DNA from: the human T2T-CHM13v2.0 reference genome, Homo sapiens
Reading direction: 5' to 3' (one strand)
NCBI RefSeq assembly: GCF_009914755.1
Contig: NC_060929.1
Length of the DNA stretch: 64,000 nt
The notes below the pieces were generated by a model. The model was given only the letters and a program-made list of their open reading frames with translations. It had not been told where the DNA came from and did no database searches. Of the stretch, positions 52,832-64,000 are shown piece by piece; position 1 is the first letter of the stretch; every line of letters begins with the position of its first letter. Made by a program: the position numbers and the translations under genes.

Positions 52832-53848
52832 ATGGGGAAAAAACAGAACAGAAAAACTGGAAACTCTAAAAAGCAGAGCGCCTCTCCTCCTCCAAAGGAA
52901 CGCAGTTCCTCACCAGCAATGGAACAAAGCTGGATGGAGAATGACTTTGACGAGCTGAGAGAAGAAGGCTTCAGATGATCAAATTACTCTGAGCTACAGG
53001 AGGACATTCAAACCAAAGGCAAAGAAGTGGAAAACTTTGAAAAAATTTTAGAAGAATGTATAACTAGAATAACCAATACAGAGAAGTGCTTAAAGGAGTT
53101 GATGGAGCTGAAAACCAAGGCTCGAGAACTACGTGAAGAATGCAGAAGCCTCAGGAGCCGATGCGATCAACTGGAAGAAAGGGTATCAGCAATGGAAGAT
53201 GAAATGAATGAAATGAAGTGAGAAGGGAAGTTTAGAGAAAAAAGAATAAGAAGAAATGAGCAAAGCCTCCAAGAAATATGGGACTATGTGAAAAGACCAA
53301 ATCTATGTCTGATTGGTGTACCTGAAAGTGATGGGGAGAATGGAACCAAGTTGGAAAACACTCTGCAGGATATTATCCAGGAGAACTTCCCCAATCTAGC
53401 AAGGCAGGCCAACGTTCAGATTCAGGAAATACAGAGAACGCCACAAAGATACTCCTCGAGAAGAGCAACTCCAAGACACATAATTATCAGATTCACCAAA
53501 GTTGAAATGAAGGAAAAAATATTAAGGGCAGCCAGAGAGAAAGGTCGGGTTACCCTCAAAGGGAAGCCCATCAGACTAACAGCGGATCTCTCGGCAGAAA
53601 CCCTACAAGCCAGAAGAGAGTGGGGGCCAATATTCAACATTCTTAAAGAAAAGAATTTTCAACCCAGAATTTCATATCCAGCCAAACTAAGCTTCATAAG
53701 TGAAGGAGAAATAAAATACTTTAAAGACAAGCAAATGCTGAGAGATTTTGTCACCACCAGGTCTGCCCTAAAAGAGCTCCTGAAGGAAGCGCTAAACATG
53801 GAAAGGAACAACCAGTACCAGCCGCTGCAAAATCATGCCAAAATGTAA
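52832..53848 (+). pseudogene. L1 ORF1p (RNA-binding protein), disrupted
   Basis: ATG at 52832 (MGKKQNRK); in-frame TGA at codon 49 (52976-52978) and codon 130 (53219-53221); C-terminal piece in ORF track ends ...QPLQNHAKM. Confidence 0.95.
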
Positions 53849-53884
53849 AGACCATCGAGACTAGGAAGAAACTGCATCAACTAA

Positions 53885-57738
<3,854 letters not shown>

Positions 57739-58629
57739 ACAATGAGATCACATGGACACAGGAAGGGGAATATCACACTCTGGGGACTGTGGTGGGGTGG
57801 GGGGAGGGGGGAGGAATAGCATTGGGAGATACGCCTAATGCTAGATGACGAGTTAGTGGGTGCAGCGCACCAGCATGGCACATGTATACATATGTAACTA
57901 ACCTGCACAATGTGCACGTGTACCCTAAAACTTAAAGTATAATTAAAAAAAAAAAAAAGAAAAAAAAAAAGAATCAGCACGTCAGGCCAAAAAAAAAAAT
58001 AAGTAAAAGATATACTATAAAGATATACTATACTAATTTTTGATATTAATAAACTTATTAGGAACATTTAGACATATAAAGTCAAAAGGGAATATCATTA
58101 CCAACCACTGTTATAGCCCAGCATTAAAAAAAAATTATAATTAAAGCCTTCATAAATTTTTAAAGTCAAAGTTCAACTAAATCTTGCATTTCTTACAATA
58201 GAACCAAAGATTTGAGTTGATTTCTTGTTTACGTGTTAATCCCAAGGATTTTTCTTTTTAGCTGGAATATACAAAGCCTTATATGGCATTTCAACTGCTG
58301 GAAATACAGATGGATCAAACTACCTAAACTCTAAACTAAGCAGCTAAGAGATGTGTTTGTATGTTGGGTAGCTAGTAGCGGAGAGAGTATATTTCTTCTT
58401 ATGTTACAGTGATGAGCTATTTGCATTAACTGTAGTTACATATGCATCTGAGGGATGGAGCACTCCACACGTAAGGAATTCAAATGATCTATGGTCTTTT
58501 TTCCCCTAATGTAGCACTCTTTTCCTTGACATTAGGTAATCTTTATTAAATTCAGCAACATCTCTTAACAGGATTAATGATTTAAAAAAAGCAACTCAAA
58601 TAATTGATGTGTTTCTTTTCAACATAAAT

Positions 58630-59125
58630 AAGACATACATCTTTAAATCATTCAATGGCTTGTAAACACCTTCCAGGAACAAGTCCAAGCACGCCATATA
58701 ACACCCGTTTCCATCTTTGCCTACATTCCTATCTTTTCACTTTACACTCAAGTTACACTAAAATTCTCTCCATCTTTGAAATCACCAATCTTGCTTTCTT
58801 TCTTCCTCCTCCATAGCTTCCTCTTCTAGGACTGCTTTTATCCTCTTTCCACCCCTTGAATCTGAACAACTCTTTGTCATTTAAGAATCAAATTTGAAAA
58901 CTGCCTCCTCCTAAGAGCTTGTTCTGACCATCTTAATACCAGCAAAATTTAGGAGGTACTCTTATGTCCTACAATAGCATGCTATGCTTCTCTAGTTTAT
59001 GGCACTTATGATAACAACTTATAATGATCTGTTTACTTGTCCGCCTCCCTCAATAGACTCTATTTTTTTTTTTGATAAGGGGGACTGTGTCTCATTTACC
59101 TTTGTTATTTAGTGCCTAAAATATT
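58630..59125 (+). mobile_element. L2 fragment
   Basis: 'cattcaatggctt...caagtccaagc...ctgtttacttgtccgcctccctcaatagact...ggactgtgtctcattt'. Confidence 0.7.
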
Positions 59126-59914
59126 TAGCCATTAAAATTCTCTCCTCAAAAATATAATTCATCCCCTCAAAAACCTTAATTGACAACATTTGATGCAGGG
59201 TTGATGCTGTGATTCTCTTGAAATTTTGAACATTTTCAATTTTACTTCATTGTCATAATGAAGTGAACCTTCACTTTGAAAACATGACATGATGAAAATC
59301 AATAGAAAGTAATCTGTATGCTGGTTCTGCTAATAGTAACTCATCGTGTAAACATGAGTGATTTTATGTCCATTAAGCTTTTGATTTGTGGAATTTATAT
59401 GACAAATAATTAGTCTGATATGAGTTTTTAAATTTCAACATATTTTCATATTGACACTTTATTACTGTTTAGCTCTAATCGAAAAGTGATGATTCATTTG
59501 AGAGGAGTCACATTTATGTGACAGAAGTAAAAAGTTCAGTTAATCTTGCCAAGAACTTTCCTGTCCTTTCTCATCTCCATATTGAACATCTGTGTTCTTT
59601 ATCATTAAACTGCTTTTGGTCTAAAAATATTCCAAGAAAGATCTGAAGAATTTCTGTGCTTTATATATTTGGCTTTTATTTTCAGATGACAGGAATAGAG
59701 TAGATTAATTTTTTGTTCCTTGCAATACGATTTCTGTGTTGGTTTTATTTTTTAATTCCTTATCTTTAAGAACATTAACAACGGTCTGAAGAGCAAGTAT
59801 TTTAGGGAATTGCGGACTCCGCCTGTGGTGGAGTGGAAAGTAGAATAGAAGAGTATCTTAGATTATGAAAATAATATGATAATAATTATCATCATAACAA
59901 TACAGATATTCTGG

Positions 59915-60068
59915 CCAGGTATCTCAGTCTTGTGGAGCTTTTTAAAAACATAGATGACTCCATTCCCAGATCTATTGAGTTAGAAATTCAAAGCTTGGGG
60001 AACTGATATTTTTTGTTTTCTAAAATCTCCAAAGAACATTCAAATTTGCAGCTGACTTGAACACTGCA
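59915..60068. mobile_element. MER5-like hAT relic
   Basis: 'ggagctttttaaaaacatagatg...ccagatctattgagttagaa...tttgcagctgacttgaacactg'. Confidence 0.55.
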
Positions 60069-60609
60069 AAATATTATTTTCTATTTCATAGGACTTATAA
60101 CTTACATGTTGTTTTTCCATGTTTTTCTTTTAATCTTCACAATAGCAGTGTGAGGTAAGTAAAATATGTCCCATTTCATAAACAGCTGAATCTCAGATGT
60201 GGTCAGCAATATTTGGGGACTCAAATTCAGTGTTCTGATTCCAAGCCCAAAATTTGCATCTACAAATATAAAAGTTACTTACATATGTGAAAATAGCTGA
60301 AACCCAAGTACCTGTCTTAACATTTATTTAATGCTCTGAAACTTCTTATATGAAAATTAGAAAACATTTTACTTCTTTTTGGTGTGATGTGAAGATACTG
60401 CTTAAATATTTAAGGACTTGAGATTTTTAGTAATAAAATCTGGGATACAATAGTCATTATTTTTGTAATAGTCTCTTTTCTGGTGATTAAAAGTCATTAT
60501 CACCTAGTCATTACTACCAATGAGATAATTAAGACATTTCAAACAAACAATTTAAAACAAGATGTATTCCTTTCACTCCTAAATTTGAGATCATTTAAGA
60601 GTTCTTCTT

Positions 60610-60919
60610 GGCCGGGCGCGGTTTGGCCGGGCGCGGTGGCTCATGCCTGTAATCCCAGCACTTTGGGAGGCCGAGGCGGGTGGATCACGAGGTCAGGAGA
60701 TCAGGACCATCCTGGTTAACACGGTGAAACCCCGTCTCTACTAAAAATACAAAAAATTAGCCGGGCGTGGTGGCGGGCGTCTGTAGTCCCAGCTACTTGG
60801 GAGGCTGAGGCAGGAGAATGGTGTGAACCCGGGAGGCGGAGCTTGCCAGTGAGGAGAGATTGCGCCACTGCACTCCAGCCTGGGTGACAGAGCGAGACTC
60901 TGTCTCAGAAAAAAAAAAA
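60610..60919 (+). mobile_element. AluY with a 15-bp duplicated head
   Basis: Y-diagnostic 'ggatcacgaggtcaggagatc..accatcctgg.taacacgg', 'gagaatgg.gtgaacc', 'gagcttgc'; TSD aagagttcttctt at 60597-60609 and 60920-60932. Confidence 0.97.
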
Positions 60920-61859
60920 AAGAGTTCTTCTTTTAGTTATTTCAAGGACAAAAGTAAATGTAGAATATGTTGATTTTTTAAATTAAAATGTGATGTATTT
61001 TAATTCCGTAAACTCATATTTGGTGAACAGAATAAACACTGCCTATATAAAACATACACATTCAGCTCTCTAAAGGATGAATAGAAAAAGTATTTTTTTA
61101 AATATATGTATATATATTGTTCTCAGAGGATAGGCTGGAAGTGTGAAATATTTCAAAAATCTCCAGTGATTGGTGATCATTGAAGACAATATTTCATAGA
61201 AATAAAAATGTATTTATACTAAAACTGAAAAATATATCATTTCAATATGAGAGCCAGTTACAGAGGCAATATTTAGTGTGCTGTAATATTGAGGCAAATT
61301 TTCCCATTGCAGAATGGCTCTACAGAGGAACTCTTTACAAGTCATGGCCTGATCCTTTCACTGTTGTGTGTCAGCTTCTGTCAGGAGGAAGATGAGAAGA
61401 AGGGTTGGGCATTATTTGTAAAGTTCTCCCATTTGAAAATCTTGATAACCCAAACATTCCTGGTTTTCTCAAAATTACTTCATCCACCTATTGAAATGAT
61501 CGTCTTCAGAAATGCTGAGAGTGAAATCACTCCTTTACTTCTTAGCTATTCTTTGCAATAGATACAGTGAAAGAACTATGACAGTTACTAACACCATGAA
61601 TGAAAGATTTTAAACTTTTAACCTTGAGAATACACTTGATGCTAGTGTACAATTACACTCTTTTACCTTCCCTCCCACTATTCTTAGCTATCTGCTCCAA
61701 CGAATACACATTTACTTTCAGAGTATAGAGACATAATATTAGCTCCTAATTTAGGGGTGACAATTACCAGATTCTGATTTCACTAAAGTACATTTTCCTA
61801 AGAAAGAAAATATTAGAATACGTTTAAATGACTTTTTTGTCTGTGAAGCTGAACCTTTT

Positions 61860-62474
61860 AAAAACAACTTTATTGATTGATGCACAAAAACAACTTTATT
61901 ATTTGATGCACAAAAATACACATAATCAATATGTACAATTTGATGAAGTTAGATATATGTGCAGACATATGAAGCCATTACCATAATCAAGGTAACAGAC
62001 ATCTAAAAATTTCCTGTGTCCTTTTAGGTTTTTAGGTGGTAAGAACACTTAATATAAGACCTACTCTCTTAACAAATGTTTATGTGCACATTACAGTATT
62101 GGTAACAACTCTAAGTGCTATGTTGTATAGCAGATGTCTACAATTTTTCATGTGGTATAATCAAAACTATACCAATTGAACAACCCCCCATTTTCCCTTT
62201 CACCAGCCCCTGGGTAACCACCATTTCATTCTCTGCTTCTATGAGCCTGATTATCCAGGGTATCTCACATAAGTGGAATCATCCTGTAATTGTCCTTCTG
62301 TGACTGGCTTATTTATTTCACTTGGCATAATGTCTTCCAGAAACATCCATGTCATCACAAATATTAAGATTTCCTTCCTTTGTAAGGTCAAATAATTTTC
62401 CTTTGAATGTATATACCATGTTTTCTTTATCCATTCATTTGTCAATGGACATATGGGTTGTTTCTATATCTTGG
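61860..62474 (-). mobile_element. L1MA/MB-type 3' fragment
   Basis: 'tctcacataagtggaatcat...gactggcttatt..tcacttggcataatgtc...ttctttatccattcat'; 26-bp tandem duplication at 61860-61911. Confidence 0.85.
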
Positions 62475-62915
62475 TATGATGGTTAATATTGAGTGTAAAC
62501 TTGATTGAAGTATGCAAAGTATTGTTCCTGGGTGTGTCTATGAGGGTGTTGCCAAAGGAAATTAACATTTGCGTCAGTGGACTGGGAAAGGCGGACCCAC
62601 CCTCAGTCTGGGTGGGCACAATCTAATCAGGTGCCAACATGGCCAGAATAAAAGCAGGCAGAAGAATGTGGGAAGACTACACTGGTTTAGTCTTCTGGCC
62701 TTCATCTTTCTCCCCTCCTGGATGCTTCTTTCCCTCAAACATCGGACTCCAAGTTCTTCAGCTTTGGGACTCGGACTGGCTTTTTTGCTCCTCAGTGCAG
62801 ACGGCCTACTGTGGGACCTCACCTTGTAATCGTGTGAGTCAATACTCCTTAATAAACTCCCCTTTATATATACATCTATCCTATTTGTTCTGTCCCTCTA
62901 GAGAACCCTAATACA
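62475..62915 (+). mobile_element. MLT2A (HERV-L) solo LTR
   Basis: 'tgatggttaatattgagtgt...ctgggtgtgtct.tgagggtgttgccaaagga...ttaataaactcccctttatata...ccctctagagaaccc'. Confidence 0.93.
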
Positions 62916-63414
62916 CACTTCAACTTCAAGGATGCTTGCATTTTTCCTAACACCTTCACTTTCATGTAACATCTGCCCACTACACTTGCCTCTATATAGA
63001 TGATGTACCTTACAGTAGATAAAAAATCTGCCCTCATTATCACTCTTAAAGATTCTTGGCCATCCCTGCCCCCAACTTTGTATCAGTTGAGGAATTTGTC
63101 CTTTTTTTCTGTTATATTTTTACAAAAGTACATCTGTAAACTATTGTGGAACTGTATAGAATAGGACCATTCCAAGTACAGGCTATCCAATCTCAATTGG
63201 TCTTTTAATACTGTGTGAAATTCTTTTTTTAAAAATGTCATGTGTTGATATACATTCTCTCAAAAGCTCTAGTAACCTACCAGTCCTCTTATTTGTATTA
63301 ACATAAATAATAGTTCATATTTATTGAATGCTGTTTGTGATAGGTGTTTTATAAGTATTATCTCATTTAATCCTCACAACAACCCTATGATAGATATTAT
63401 TCTTCTCCTTTTCT

Positions 63415-63776
63415 TCATATTTACTGGTGTATAATGAGAGATATTACAAAGGCTACAGATGAAGAGATTCATAGGATGAGATATGAGGGAATAGGTACAG
63501 AGCTTCCATTCTCTACCTGGGCTCACCACCCTCCAGGAACCCCCAGGCGTTCAGCTACCCGGAAGCTCTCTGAACTTGATCCTCTTGGGTTTTTATGGAT
63601 GCTTCATGATGTCAGCATTCCTTCCCCCTGGGTATGGAGCAGGACTCTCTCTGGAATGAGGGTTTTATGAACCATAATCAGAAAAGTGGGGAAGATTAGT
63701 GTCCTGCCTTGGGGCAAGTGAAAAGAGGGCAGGAGAAAGTCAGAGAGATTCTGTTTTTTGAGGCTGCCCCTAAGGT
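63415..63776. mobile_element. MER21-family LTR fragment
   Basis: 'gatattacaaaggctacagatgaagagat...gttcagctacccggaagctctctgaac...gggcaggagaaagtcagagagattctgttt'. Confidence 0.75.
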
Positions 63777-64000
63777 CTATGTTTGGCTGTGTCCTCACCC
63801 AAATCTCATTATAAATTGTAGCTCCCACAATTCCTACATATCATGGGAGGGACGTGGTGGGAGGTAATTGAATCACGGGGACGGGTCTTTCCTGTGCTGT
63901 TCTCATGATAGTGAATAAGTCTCAAGAGATCTGATGGTTTTATAAGGGAGAGTTTCCCTGCACAAGTTCTCTCTTTCACGCTGTCATATAAGACACACCT
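63777..64000 (+). mobile_element. THE1B/C-like MaLR LTR (truncated by window end), abutting MER21
   Basis: 'tttggctgtgtcctcacccaaatctc...gggaggtaattgaatca...gttctcatgatagtgaataagtctc'. Confidence 0.92.

Noticed and set aside
57782-57813. G-quadruplex-forming G-runs
   Set aside because: Standard feature of the L1PA 3' UTR, not locus-specific.

Overview
This is primate (most likely human or great-ape) nuclear genomic DNA: AT-rich, CpG-poor and dominated by interspersed repeats. I recognise no host protein-coding exon, RNA gene or CpG island, so it reads as intergenic or deep intronic. The only genuine protein homology is a full-length L1PA2-like LINE-1 (51933-~57945, + strand). Its ORF1 has two premature stops, and its ORF2 stays open for about 1150 codons before a 1-bp frameshift. 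The rest consists of Alu/FAM/FRAM SINEs, old L1M, L2, MIR and CR1/L3 remnants, solo LTRs (THE1D, THE1B, MLT2A, LTR33, MER21) and DNA-transposon relics (MER20, MER44A, MER94, ORSL, MER5). I found no convincing new biological system. The points worth a second look are: a tiny L1 carrying apparent serial 3' transductions (38.8-39.1 kb); a ~147-bp direct repeat 999 bp apart that brackets a candidate 14-nt microexon (46.4-47.55 kb); a perfect 31-bp inverted repeat around a (TA)n/(CA)n microsatellite; nested inverted L1/Alu pairs whose two L1 copies share non-consensus variants; and a repeat-free, motif-dense putative enhancer/exon at ~27 kb. Repeat subfamily names come from my recollection of consensus sequences, and the boundaries of old repeats are approximate.
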